Of a DNA stretch of 64,000 nt, positions 29,160-38,767 are shown one piece after another (the first letter of the stretch is position 1; each line of letters starts with the position of its first letter). Under the pieces are notes generated by a model, which was given only the letters and a program-made list of their open reading frames with translations, searched no databases and was not told the origin of the DNA. A program made the translations under genes and the position numbers. The stretch covers positions 480,001 through 544,000 of the forward strand of contig OZ243916.1 in the NCBI GenBank assembly GCA_965213675.1, given 5' to 3'. This DNA comes from an uncultured Candidatus Binatia bacterium. GTDB taxonomy: Bacteria; Desulfobacterota; Binatia; UBA9968; JAJDTQ01.

Positions 29160-29525
29160 ATGACGCTTTCGATCTGGGTTGGCGTTTTGGGCATCGTGGC
29201 CGGGGCCGCGGCAGCCGTGTATTTTCGCGAGCGCCTGGCAAAGCCCGAGTTTCTCTGGCTGGTGGGGCTCGGGGCCATGGCGCCGGCGTGGCTCTTGGCC
29301 CTCACCGGCCTGCTGGACGGGCTTTCCGGGGAGAATCCGGACAAGGGGCTCAAGGCGTTCCTGGCCTTGTCCTCGGCCTCGGCTCTGATCGGGGTCATTG
29401 CCACCGAGTTCTGCGTGCGCTGGCTCAAGGCGCGGGCGGCGTGGCTGCCGCGCGCGCTCTACTGGTTGCTCGGCACCGTGGCGCTGCTGCCGTCCTGGGG
29501 CGTGCTCTTGTGGAGGGTTGGGTGA
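29160..29525 (+). CDS. Hypothetical small membrane protein (about 4 TM)
   Basis: Hydrophobic ORF whose stop overlaps the ctaG start (GTGA). Confidence 0.65.
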   Translation: MTLSIWVGVLGIVAGAAAAVYFRERLAKPEFLWLVGLGAMAPAWLLALTGLLDGLSGENPDKGLKAFLALSSASALIGVIATEFCVRWLKARAAWLPRALYWLLGTVALLPSWGVLLWRVG

Positions 29526-30499
29526 CACGGGCGCGCCTGGGTGCGGCTACGGCGGTGCTGTCCACGCTCTCGTGGCCGCGGTTCCTGTTGGCTCACGGAG
29601 GCGGCCACGGTGGTCCCGACGAGCCGCTGCCGTTCGACGCGCTGATGCTGCTGTTCGGCATGATGCCCTCGGGCGTGCGGCTGGACATCGTGCTCGTGCT
29701 GGCGCTGGCCGCGGGCATCTTTCTCACCGGCTGGGTGCGGCTTCGGGGGCAGGCCGAGGGCGCCGCCACCGTGACCGGGCTGCTGCTCTACCTGGGCGGC
29801 ATCGCCGCCCTTGTGGTGGCGCTGGTGTCGCCGGTGGACCGTCTCGCCGCCGAGCGCCTCAGCATGCACATGGTGCAGCACATCCTGCTGCTGATGATCG
29901 CGCCGTTGGGCATCCTGCTGGCCAACCCCTTTCCCGTGGTCTTGTGGGGCCTCCCGCGCGGCCTTCGGGAGAGGTTTGCCGGACTGTTTCGCGAGGGGCG
30001 CATGGGGCGGTCCTTGCTCACCGTCCTCACGGCGATGCCGGTGGCCTGGACCCTCTACGTGGTCAACCTGTGGGGATGGCACCATCCGGCGCTGTACCAG
30101 GCGGCGTTGCGCCACGGGTGGGTGCACGACCTGGAACACGGGCTCTTCTTCGCCAGCGCGGTGCTTTTCTGGTGGCCCATCCTCAACGTGGCGCCGCTCT
30201 ACCGTCCAGCGCGGCCACTGGGGACAAGGATCATCTACCTCCTGGCGGCGACGCTTCAGAACACGCTCCTGGGCATGTCCATCGCCGTGCCCGAGCGCGT
30301 CCTCTATCCGTTCTACGCCGCGGTTCCCGGCCTCGCGGCGCTGAGCCCGATCCAGGACCAAGGCCTGGGCGGCGGCATCATGTGGGTCAGCGGTCACATG
30401 TACGTGCTCCCGATCCTGGTGCTGGTGGCGCGCCGGCTTATCTCCGAGGACGAGGACGTCAACGCGCGGGAAGGCGTGGCGGGCGCGGGAGTTCGTTGA
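29522..30499 (+). CDS. ctaG: Cytochrome c oxidase assembly factor CtaG (caa3-type)
   Basis: ALVSPVD...SMHMVQHILL, WGWHHP.LY, HDLEH and DQGLGGGIMW motifs. Confidence 0.88.
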   Translation: MTRARLGAATAVLSTLSWPRFLLAHGGGHGGPDEPLPFDALMLLFGMMPSGVRLDIVLVLALAAGIFLTGWVRLRGQAEGAATVTGLLLYLGGIAALVVALVSPVDRLAAERLSMHMVQHILLLMIAPLGILLANPFPVVLWGLPRGLRERFAGLFREGRMGRSLLTVLTAMPVAWTLYVVNLWGWHHPALYQAALRHGWVHDLEHGLFFASAVLFWWPILNVAPLYRPARPLGTRIIYLLAATLQNTLLGMSIAVPERVLYPFYAAVPGLAALSPIQDQGLGGGIMWVSGHMYVLPILVLVARRLISEDEDVNAREGVAGAGVR

Positions 30500-30500
30500 C

Positions 30501-31316
30501 ATGGCGTTCCGCGAATGGGGTTCAGGGTGCTTGAGGGCGGCAGGGTGGTTCCAGTCTTGGGCGCCGTCCGTTCCTTCACAGGCTCCGGGCTCGCGCCGGG
30601 CAGGGGCGCGAGGCGCTGGCTTGTGGTTGGTGGCGCTGGCGGTGCTCGCGCTCGTCTTGTGCGCGCCGGCCTGGGGGGCGGGGCAGGAGGAGCGTTTGCG
30701 CAAGCTCGGTTTCCTGGTTCAGGAGGGGTTCGAGGCGGCTCCGGGCTTCACGACGGTGGACGCGAACGGGAATGCGGTCACCCTGGAGGACTACGGCGGC
30801 AAGGTGGTGCTGCTCAACTTCTGGGCGACGTGGTGTCCGCCGTGCCGCCTCGAAATGCCGGACATGGAACGGCTTTATCAGGAGTTCCGGGGGCAGGGGC
30901 TGGAAGTCGTCGCCGTGAACTTCATGGAGACGGCGGCGCAGGTGAATGCCTTCGCCGAAGAGCAGAAACTCACCTATCCCATGCTGATGGACCCGCGCAG
31001 CGAAATCGCCGGGCAGTACGGCGTGATGCGGCTGCCGGAAACGGTTCTCATCGGCCGCGAGGGGGAGGTCCTCGGCAAGAGCATCGGTTACAAGCCCTGG
31101 TACAAGGACGACGTGCGCGAGTTGATGGCGGCGCTGCTGGGCAACGGCGCGGCGCTGGCCGCGGTTCCAGCGGGCGGCGGCGCGGGAACGGAGTCCTCGG
31201 GCAACCACGAGACGGCGTATCTCGCCGGCGCCGTGGTCCTGGTGCTCGCCATCTATCTGGTGTTCCGGCGCAGGCGCGTTCGCGGCGGCTCGGACGGCCG
31301 GGAGTCCGCGCCGTAG
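30501..31316 (+). CDS. TlpA/ResA-like thiol-disulfide oxidoreductase
   Basis: GKVVLLNFWATWCPPCRLEMP; N-terminal signal/TM segment and an extra C-terminal TM plus poly-Arg. Confidence 0.88.
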   Translation: MAFREWGSGCLRAAGWFQSWAPSVPSQAPGSRRAGARGAGLWLVALAVLALVLCAPAWGAGQEERLRKLGFLVQEGFEAAPGFTTVDANGNAVTLEDYGGKVVLLNFWATWCPPCRLEMPDMERLYQEFRGQGLEVVAVNFMETAAQVNAFAEEQKLTYPMLMDPRSEIAGQYGVMRLPETVLIGREGEVLGKSIGYKPWYKDDVRELMAALLGNGAALAAVPAGGGAGTESSGNHETAYLAGAVVLVLAIYLVFRRRRVRGGSDGRESAP

Positions 31317-31334
31317 CCCACTCCGGCATCGACG

Positions 31335-32183
31335 ATGTGGACCTTCCCCAACATTGATCCGGTGGCCCTTCAGCTAGGGCCCTTGGCGGTGCGGTGGTAC
31401 GGGTTGATGTACCTCTTCGGGTTCGTCGGGGGTTACTTCATCGCCGTGTGGATGGCGCGGAAGCGTGGCGCGGCGTTGGACGGGGACAAGCTGGTGGAAC
31501 TCATCAGCTATGTGGCCATCGGGGTCGTGCTGGGCGGGCGGCTGGGCTACGTGGTCTTCTACAACCTGCCGTACTACCTGACGAACCCGGCTCAGATCTT
31601 CGCGGTGTGGGAGGGGGGGATGTCGTTTCATGGCGGCACGCTGGGGGCCGCGCTGGCGGGCTGGTTGTACGTGCGGCGGCAGGGGATACCGTTCTATTCC
31701 GGCTCCGACTGCATCTTTGCGGCCGCCCCCCTGGGGCTGGGGCTGGGACGGTTGGGGAACTTCATCAACGGCGAACTGTACGGGCGCGTGACCGAAGCGC
31801 CGTGGGGCGTGGTGTTCCCGGGCGGCGGGCCGCTGCCGCGCCATCCCTCGCAACTCTACGAGGCGTTTCTCGAAGGTCCGGTGCTGCTGGGCGTGTTGCT
31901 GTGGTTGGGAACGCGGACGCGCGCGCCGGGCGTCGTCACGTGGGCGTTCGTCGGCGGCTACGGCATCGCCCGCTTCATGGTCGAGTTCGTGCGCGAGCCC
32001 GACGCCCACATCGGGCTCGTGTGGGGCCTGTCGCGCGGGCAGTATCTCAGCGCCGTGATGATTGCCGCGGCCGCAGTGTTCTTCTGGATGCTTCGGAAGC
32101 GTTGGCGAACACGGCCCGGTGCATCCGGACGCGCATCCGCGCGAGGCGTGGCTACTCGTCCATCTCGCCGAAGTAGTCCCTGA
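31335..32183 (+). CDS. lgt: Prolipoprotein diacylglyceryl transferase
   Basis: WYGLMY, GGRLGY, GGMSFHGG, GRLGNFINGELYGR and RHPSQLYE motifs. Confidence 0.97.
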   Translation: MWTFPNIDPVALQLGPLAVRWYGLMYLFGFVGGYFIAVWMARKRGAALDGDKLVELISYVAIGVVLGGRLGYVVFYNLPYYLTNPAQIFAVWEGGMSFHGGTLGAALAGWLYVRRQGIPFYSGSDCIFAAAPLGLGLGRLGNFINGELYGRVTEAPWGVVFPGGGPLPRHPSQLYEAFLEGPVLLGVLLWLGTRTRAPGVVTWAFVGGYGIARFMVEFVREPDAHIGLVWGLSRGQYLSAVMIAAAAVFFWMLRKRWRTRPGASGRASARGVATRPSRRSSP

Positions 32184-32397
32184 GAATCCGCTCCTTTACG
32201 TACTCCAGAGCGCCGAGATCGTGGAGAATGTCGCCGCCGGTGTCGTAAAAGAAGATGTCACCGTTCTTGTTGCGGCCCACCGCCATGAGCCACTCCAGCT
32301 CGTCGCGGTCCTCGAGCAGGTAGTTGATGGTCTGGCTGGCGCCGTTGCTGTCGATGATGGTGACCTTCGGAGTTACCCGTTTCTTCGGCTGGGTCAT
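32152..32397 (-). CDS. Hypothetical small acidic protein
   Basis: 81 aa with coding-like codon use and RBS GGAGG; co-oriented downstream of rlmD. Confidence 0.65.
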   Translation of the reverse strand: MTQPKKRVTPKVTIIDSNGASQTINYLLEDRDELEWLMAVGRNKNGDIFFYDTGGDILHDLGALEYVKERILRDYFGEMDE

Positions 32398-32497
32398 TGA
32401 TTCCTCCCGCCCCGGAGTCTACACCAGCGAGCGCCCCTGACTCAAGAGTCGATGGCGGCCCGAAACGCATGCGTGATCCGCTGGCCCTTGGTCCCGG

Positions 32498-33793
32498 TCA
32501 TCGCGGGGCCTCGCGCACCGGCTCGTTTCGAACCATTTCCGCGATGGTTTCCACGTGGAACGTCTGGGGGAAGAGATCCATCGGCCGTACGCGCCGCAAT
32601 GTGTAGCCGCGCGCCGCGAGCTCACGCAGGTCGCGCGCCAATGTGGCCGGGTCGCATGACACGTAGAGGATCTTGCCGGCTCCGAGCGCGGCCAAACCGG
32701 GAGCGGCGCGCCTGGCCCCGGCGCGGGGCGGGTTGAGGACGATGGTGTGGAAGCGGCGTTTCTGGCGGGTGAATTCGTCCACGGCGTCCACGGCGTCCCG
32801 GCGCTGCCAGCGGATATTGCCGAGGTCGTTGTCCGCGGCGTTGCGTTTGCCGCTGCGCACCAGCCGCGAGTTCGCTTCCACCGCGGTCACGCGGCGCGCC
32901 CTCCGGGCGGCGGGCAGGGTGAGGTTGCCGGCGCCGGCGTACAACTCCAGCACGTCGTCCCCGGGCCCGAAGCCGGCCCAGGCCATCACCTCATCCACCA
33001 ACCGGCGGTTGCCCTCCGGGTTGACCTGGCTGAACGCGCTCGCGTCGTGGGTCAACCGCAGGTCGCCGTCCACGACGAAGGACAGGGCGGTCTCGCCCCA
33101 GCGCCGCTGCCATCCGGGTCCCGCCATCACGATTCCCGCCACCGCGCCGCCCACCAACCCGGCGCACGCATCGCCGTCGGCGCGCTGGTACGCTTGCCGG
33201 CTCTTGGCCGAGAGGATGACCTGCCCGGGGCGGTCGGCGCTCAGGACCTCCACCTCCGACACGTGCGCGGCCAGATGCCCGACCCATTGGGCGGCCAACT
33301 CGATGCCGCGCTCCGCGTCGGTTTCGGCGATGTGGCAGCCGCCCACCTCGACGATTTCCCGGGAGAACGCCCGGTGGAAACCCATCCGTCGCTCCCCGTC
33401 CACGTGCAGTACGATGCGGCGCCGGTAGTGGAACTCCCGGGGCGCCGGCAGGATGGGGAGGAGTTCGAAACCCGTGAGGCCGCCGACACGCGCCAGCGCG
33501 TCCGCGACGTTGCGTTGCTTGGCTTGAAGCTGCGTCTCGTAGGCCGCCTCCTGCCACGAGCACCCGCCGCACTCGCCGGCGTAAGGGCAGGGCGCCGTCC
33601 GTCGCGCCGGCGACGGTTCCACGACTGACGTGAGCCGGGCTACGGAGTAGCGCTTGTGTTCCTCCACCACGTCCACCTCCACCCGGTCCCCGGGCACGGT
33701 CAACGGGGTCAGGACGACCTTGCCGTCGCTCCGGCCGAGCCCGAAGGGACCGTGGGTAAGCGTGTCGATGGTCAGCGTGAGCCGGTTCGTCAT
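32498..33793 (-). CDS. rlmD: 23S rRNA m5U methyltransferase (TRAM domain plus Fe-S)
   Basis: TRAM domain, CPYAGECGGC, ELYAGAG, LNPPRAG, YVSCDPATLARDL and DLFPQTFHVE motifs. Confidence 0.9.
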   Translation of the reverse strand: MTNRLTLTIDTLTHGPFGLGRSDGKVVLTPLTVPGDRVEVDVVEEHKRYSVARLTSVVEPSPARRTAPCPYAGECGGCSWQEAAYETQLQAKQRNVADALARVGGLTGFELLPILPAPREFHYRRRIVLHVDGERRMGFHRAFSREIVEVGGCHIAETDAERGIELAAQWVGHLAAHVSEVEVLSADRPGQVILSAKSRQAYQRADGDACAGLVGGAVAGIVMAGPGWQRRWGETALSFVVDGDLRLTHDASAFSQVNPEGNRRLVDEVMAWAGFGPGDDVLELYAGAGNLTLPAARRARRVTAVEANSRLVRSGKRNAADNDLGNIRWQRRDAVDAVDEFTRQKRRFHTIVLNPPRAGARRAAPGLAALGAGKILYVSCDPATLARDLRELAARGYTLRRVRPMDLFPQTFHVETIAEMVRNEPVREAPR

Positions 33794-33919
33794 GGTTTCT
33801 TGCCGAAGCCCTCGCCGGGCAGGACTTTGCCGGGCAGGGCATATGGGGTAGGAATTGGGAATTCCAGCGTACCGGTGTTCACGGGTTTACACCACCGGAT
33901 GGGAGGTCGCTTTTACGTC

Positions 33920-34285
33920 ATGGAACACGACCCACGCTTTCTCACCGCCATCGACGAGTTCAACCGCGGGCTTTACTATGAGGCTCACGAGACCCTGGAG
34001 CAGCTCTGGCTCGAGGACCACAGCCGGGAGCGGGAATTCTACCAAGGCATCATCCAGGTGGCCGCGGGCTACTTCAAGTGGGAGCAGGACGTGCCCCGGG
34101 GGGCGGTCAAGCTGTTGCGCTCGGCCGTCCGCAAGCTCGATCCCTACCGGCCCGCGTGCCTCGGCGTGGACATGAGGCGGTTCATGACGGACGTGGAAGC
34201 CGATCTGGCGGCCATGGAGGCCGCCTGCGTCGAGGGCGGCGTCGCCCCGGAACTGCGCATGCCGCGGTTGCCCCTCCCCGGTTGA
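33920..34285 (+). CDS. DUF309 domain protein
   Basis: FN.G.YYEAHETLEQLW...YQGIIQVA motif. Confidence 0.88.
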   Translation: MEHDPRFLTAIDEFNRGLYYEAHETLEQLWLEDHSREREFYQGIIQVAAGYFKWEQDVPRGAVKLLRSAVRKLDPYRPACLGVDMRRFMTDVEADLAAMEAACVEGGVAPELRMPRLPLPG

Positions 34286-34339
34286 CGCGCGGCGGACCCC
34301 AGGGCTTTCCCCGCCGCGCCGCGCGCCAGCAATCGCCCC

Positions 34340-35203
34340 ATGGCCATCCCCGCTCAAGTCATCGCCCTGTGCGCCTCGCTGTCCTACGCCTGCGTGCTCG
34401 TCACCTCGCGCCGGGGCATGCAGTATTCCACGCCCAAGACCGTCACGCTGATCTCGCTCATCGTCCACACGGTGAGCCTCTGGACCGCGGTGTTCGTCAC
34501 CGGCGGCATTCCTCCGGTGGACACGGTGGCCGTCTACGTCTTTGTCGTGGCCGGCATGCTCCAGCCCATCATCCGGTTGTTCACCTACACCGGCGTGCAC
34601 CGGGTGGGCGCGTCGCGCAGCGCCCCGATACGCTCGACGCATCCCATGTTCGGCGTGTGCGTGGCCGTCACGGTGTTGGGGGAGAGCGCCACCGTCCTGG
34701 TGCTCGCCGGGGTGGTCTCGGTGGTCTGCGGCATCGTGCTGATCACCTGGAAGCCCGCGGCCGAGGCGCGTTCATTCCGCTGGTGGGAGTTCCTGTTTCC
34801 GCTCACCGCCGCGCTGCTGGCGGGCATCGTCCACCCCATGCGCCGCTACGCCCTGGCCATCTCCCACGAGCCGCTGTTCTTCGCCGCGCTGGTGGGCATC
34901 GTCTCCCTGGTGTGCTTCCTTGCCTACATGCCGTTCAGCCGCGAGCCGCTGGTGTGGGACCGCCGCGCCATGCTGCCGTTCGTCGCCGCCGGCGCCGCCG
35001 AGACCTGCGGCATCCTGCTGGTGATCACCGCCCTGGGCGTGGGCAGCGTGGTCACGGTCTCGCCGCTGGTGGGCATCAGCCCGCTGTGGGTGCTGCTGGG
35101 AACCGTGATCTTTCTGAGGGACCTGGAGCAGGTGCGTCTTCGCACCGCCGCCGGCGCCCTCTGCGTCATCGCCGGTACCGCCGCCATCTCGCTGGGCGGG
35201 TAG
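34340..35203 (+). CDS. DMT/EamA family transporter
   Basis: Two EamA repeats, about 10 TM, VLGE and FLRDLE motifs. Confidence 0.85.
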   Translation: MAIPAQVIALCASLSYACVLVTSRRGMQYSTPKTVTLISLIVHTVSLWTAVFVTGGIPPVDTVAVYVFVVAGMLQPIIRLFTYTGVHRVGASRSAPIRSTHPMFGVCVAVTVLGESATVLVLAGVVSVVCGIVLITWKPAAEARSFRWWEFLFPLTAALLAGIVHPMRRYALAISHEPLFFAALVGIVSLVCFLAYMPFSREPLVWDRRAMLPFVAAGAAETCGILLVITALGVGSVVTVSPLVGISPLWVLLGTVIFLRDLEQVRLRTAAGALCVIAGTAAISLGG

Positions 35204-35220
35204 AGGGAAGCCTGCGAATG

Positions 35221-35247
35221 CTGGATTTCCGCTTCCGCGGGAATGAC
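35221..35247. repeat. REP-like unit (same family as 27566-27674)
   Basis: CTGGATTTCCGCTTCCGCGGGAATGAC between convergent genes. Confidence 0.7.
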
Positions 35248-35311
35248 GCATTCGTCACGTTCTCGTCTGATGCGTGTCATGCCGCCTCGTCCGCAGGAAT
35301 CACGTCGGAGT

Positions 35312-36604
35312 TCATGCGTTCGCCTGAGCGGCGTTCACCCGCGCGAGCCAGGGCTTGCTGAGGCACATGTAGAGACCGGCAGAGATCAGATACAGGACGG
35401 CGATGCCCAGAAGCGCGGGCCCGTAGCTCTGGGTGGCGTCGAAGATGGCGCCCGCCAGGGCGGGTCCGAACAGGCCGCCCCACTGGTAGAAGAAGCCCAT
35501 GTTGCCGCGCACCTTGGCGAAGTGGCGGCGCCCGTAGAGGTCGCCCACCATGGCCCAGGTCACCGGGAACACGGCTTCCACCAGGGAGAATAGGGGCAGG
35601 ACGAGCCAGATCCATCGCAGGTCCTGGGCGTAGGTGAGCAGGACGAGCGCGCCGGCCGCCAACACCATGCACACGGCCATGAGCCGGGCCTTGTTGAACC
35701 GGTCCGAGAGCCAGCCCACCGTGAGATGGGTGGGAAGCGACAGCGCCGCGAAGGCGCCGAGGAAACGGCTGGCAGTCAGTTCACCGACGCCCTTCCACAC
35801 GAGGATCGGCACGAACGCCTGGATGACCGTGGTGAGGCCCAGTACGCGGAAGAGCGTCGCGAGCACGAGCAGCCAGAAGGGCGAGCCGCGCAGCGCCTCC
35901 CAGATACCCACGTCGCGGTCGGCCGTGGCTCCGGCCGTCCGGCCGGCGGCGGACGCATTTCTGGAGGGGGTGGCTCCGTCCGGGGACAGGCCCATGTCCT
36001 CGGGGGAGCGGCGCACCATGGCCGCAAGCGGCGTCCCCAGGCACAGGAAGGCGGCGCCGGCGAACACCATCCCCCAGCGCCACCCGTAATGGTGCACGAC
36101 ATAGGCAAGGACGGGCGCCAGCAGGGCGCCGCCGACGCCGATGGCGGAGCTCACAAGGGCCATGGCGCGGCCGCGGTAACGGATGAACCAGCTATTGGCC
36201 AGCACCATGGGGCAGTGCATGAAACCCGCGCCAAAGGCCAGCGAGACCACCCCCAGGTAGATGACCAGCAGGGTCCAGTAGGACTCGACCCAGTAAAGGA
36301 AGATATAGCCCAGTCCGGTGAGCAGCACCGCCGCCATCATGATGGGCCGCGGCCCCACGCGGTCGATGAGATAGCCCGCCAAGGGGCCCTCCAGGGCGCC
36401 TTCGGCACGGGCCAAGCCGAACACCAGGCCCGTGGCGGCGCGGCTGACGCCCAGGTCCTTGCCCAGGGGCAGCACGAAGACGGTAAATCCGTAGAAGTGG
36501 AAGCCGCCACCGAGAATCCGGAAGAGACAGCCCACCAGCACCATCCGCCAGCCGTAGAACGAGAGATGGTTGCGGCACCACTGGACGGGATTGTGCAAGC
36601 GCAT
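35312..36604 (-). CDS. MFS transporter (MCT/OFA-like)
   Basis: FYGWRMV start, GYLIDRVGPR, W.GWRWG and GAIFDATQSY motifs. Confidence 0.88.
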   Translation of the reverse strand: MRLHNPVQWCRNHLSFYGWRMVLVGCLFRILGGGFHFYGFTVFVLPLGKDLGVSRAATGLVFGLARAEGALEGPLAGYLIDRVGPRPIMMAAVLLTGLGYIFLYWVESYWTLLVIYLGVVSLAFGAGFMHCPMVLANSWFIRYRGRAMALVSSAIGVGGALLAPVLAYVVHHYGWRWGMVFAGAAFLCLGTPLAAMVRRSPEDMGLSPDGATPSRNASAAGRTAGATADRDVGIWEALRGSPFWLLVLATLFRVLGLTTVIQAFVPILVWKGVGELTASRFLGAFAALSLPTHLTVGWLSDRFNKARLMAVCMVLAAGALVLLTYAQDLRWIWLVLPLFSLVEAVFPVTWAMVGDLYGRRHFAKVRGNMGFFYQWGGLFGPALAGAIFDATQSYGPALLGIAVLYLISAGLYMCLSKPWLARVNAAQANA

Positions 36605-36626
36605 GCGAGGTTTCGCCGGGCCGGGG

Positions 36627-37082
36627 TCAGGGGGCGTCGCCTGTCACATCGCCGCCGATCATCCTGCCGATGAGTTCGGTGATGTCGGGCGGCGATTCCG
36701 TGTCGCGGATGCGGCCGCCGTTGGGAACGTGGCGGTCCGATGCTCCGGGGGAGATGGCAATGAACTTGTCGCCGATGAGGCCCCGGGCCCGCACCGAGGC
36801 GATGGCGTCTTCCTGGATGGCCACGCCCGGGTCGATGCGCAAGGCCAGGCGCGCGCGATCCTCCACCAAGGTCAGGGAGTCCACCCGGCCGATGCCGACG
36901 CCGGCGATTTCCACCGAGTCGCCCCGGCGCAGCCCCGCCACGTTGGCGAAGTCCGCGAACACGACGTATCCCGAGTTGCCGAAGGCTTCGAGCTTGCCCA
37001 GGCGGATGGCGAGATAGCCGGCGCACAGGAGGCCCGCTACCACGAAGAGGCCGACGACGACTTCCGTAGCTTTGTGTTTCAC
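36627..37082 (-). CDS. mlaD: MCE-domain lipid asymmetry protein
   Basis: EVVVGLFV, F.NVAGL..GDSVEIAGVGIGRV and GLIGDKFI motifs. Confidence 0.92.
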   Translation of the reverse strand: MKHKATEVVVGLFVVAGLLCAGYLAIRLGKLEAFGNSGYVVFADFANVAGLRRGDSVEIAGVGIGRVDSLTLVEDRARLALRIDPGVAIQEDAIASVRARGLIGDKFIAISPGASDRHVPNGGRIRDTESPPDITELIGRMIGGDVTGDAP

Positions 37083-37819
37083 TGATCCGCCTCCTCGGCA
37101 TCACCGTCCAGGAACCGCCGTACCAGCGGATTTTGCGATCGAAGGAACTCCGCCACGGGGCCGGTCTCGACGATGACCCCGTCGGCCAACATAGCGACGC
37201 GGTGTGATATTGTAAATACTTCCGGGATGTCGTGGCTGACGACGACGCCGGTGAAGCCGAGTTGGCTCTGCATGGCGGCGATGAGCTGGTGGATGCTCCG
37301 TCCCAGGCGCGGGTCGAGGCCGGTGGTGGGCTCGTCGAAGAGCACGATCCCGGGATCGGTCACCAGCGCGCGCGCGAACCCGGCGCGTTTCTTCATGCCG
37401 CCGCTCACCTCCGCCGGGTACTTGTAGCCCATGTCCTTGAGCCCCACCTGTTCGAGCCGGTCCCGCACCTTGCGTCCGATGGCGTCCTCCCCCAGGCGCG
37501 TCCTCTCGCGCAGCGGGAAGGCGACGTTGTCGAAGATCGTCATGGAGTCGAGCAGGGCGGCGCCCTGGAACAGGAACCCGAAGTTGCGGCGCATCTCGTT
37601 CAGGCGCCGTTGTCCCAGGCGGGTGAGGTCGGCGCCGTCCACGAGCACGCGCCCGCTGTCGGGGAGCAGCAGCGCGATCATGGTCTTGAGCAGCACCGTC
37701 TTGCCGCTGCCGCTGCCGCCGATGATCGTGGTAATGCGGCCGTCCTCGGTGGTCAGGTTGGCGCCCTTCAGGACCTCCTGACGGCCGAAGCTCTTGTGGA
37801 CGTCGATGACCTGAATCAT
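37079..37819 (-). CDS. mlaF: Mla ABC transporter ATP-binding subunit
   Basis: GGSGSGKT, LFQGAALLDS, SGGMKKR and DEPTTGLDP motifs. Confidence 0.92.
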   Translation of the reverse strand: MIQVIDVHKSFGRQEVLKGANLTTEDGRITTIIGGSGSGKTVLLKTMIALLLPDSGRVLVDGADLTRLGQRRLNEMRRNFGFLFQGAALLDSMTIFDNVAFPLRERTRLGEDAIGRKVRDRLEQVGLKDMGYKYPAEVSGGMKKRAGFARALVTDPGIVLFDEPTTGLDPRLGRSIHQLIAAMQSQLGFTGVVVSHDIPEVFTISHRVAMLADGVIVETGPVAEFLRSQNPLVRRFLDGDAEEADQ

Positions 37820-37873
37820 GGGCCGCTCCGGACCGGCCGGCGTGTGGGTCGTGGCAACGAAGTTTCCATGGGA

Positions 37874-38644
37874 CTACAGCAGCAACGAGGTCAGGAAATA
37901 GTCCGACAGGAGGATCAACACGAACGACAGCACCACCGCCTCGGTGGTGGCGCGCCCTACTCCCGTGGCCATGGGGATGGCGTGGAACCCCTTGTAGCAG
38001 CATACCCAACTGATGATGACGCCGAAGGCGGCGGACTTGAGCCATCCCTCGCCCACGTCCCGGAACCGCACGCTCTGCTCCATGCCGGCTATGTAGCCGC
38101 CCGAACCCAGGTCCAGCATGCCTACGCCCACCACGTAGGCGCCGAGAATGCCGATGACGTTGAATATGGAGGTGAGAAGCGGCATGACGATGAGGCCCGC
38201 GAGGACGCGCGGCGCGACCAGGTACTTCACGGGATTGATGGCCATGGAATGCATGGCATCGATCTGCTCGGTGACGCGCATGGACGCCAGTTCCGCGGCC
38301 ATGGCCGACCCGGTGCGGCCGGTGACCATGAAGGCCGACAGCACCGGCCCCAGCTCGCGCAACAGGCTCAGAGCCACCACCGCCCCGAGGAAGCTCTCGG
38401 CGTTGAACTTGCGCAGGCTGTAGTAGCCCTGGAGTCCCAGCACCATGCCGGTGAACAGGCCCGAGAGCAGCACCACCAGCAGCGAGTCCACCCCGATGGC
38501 GCGGATCTGTTGCAGGATGAGGCGGACCTTGGCCGGCGGGCGCAACGCCCACAGCAGCGCGGACCCGAGGAAGATCACGCCCCGGCCCATCCCGGCCAGA
38601 TGGTCGAGGGTCCGGGCGCCGATGCTGGCGAAAAGTGTGGTCAT
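37874..38644 (-). CDS. mlaE: Mla ABC transporter permease
   Basis: LLRELGPVL, GRTGSAMAAEL.SMRVTEQIDA and GVGRATT.AVV motifs. Confidence 0.94.
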   Translation of the reverse strand: MTTLFASIGARTLDHLAGMGRGVIFLGSALLWALRPPAKVRLILQQIRAIGVDSLLVVLLSGLFTGMVLGLQGYYSLRKFNAESFLGAVVALSLLRELGPVLSAFMVTGRTGSAMAAELASMRVTEQIDAMHSMAINPVKYLVAPRVLAGLIVMPLLTSIFNVIGILGAYVVGVGMLDLGSGGYIAGMEQSVRFRDVGEGWLKSAAFGVIISWVCCYKGFHAIPMATGVGRATTEAVVLSFVLILLSDYFLTSLLL

Positions 38645-38767
38645 GCGGAGGGTTCAACCCGTTCCGGGCGCGCCCCGGCCCGCGCGACGGTTGTTTTGAA
38701 CGAACTGGTATCTGCGGCTTTCTTTGGCCATGTGCGATCCTCTTGCAACCGAGAATCGGCCACCCTC

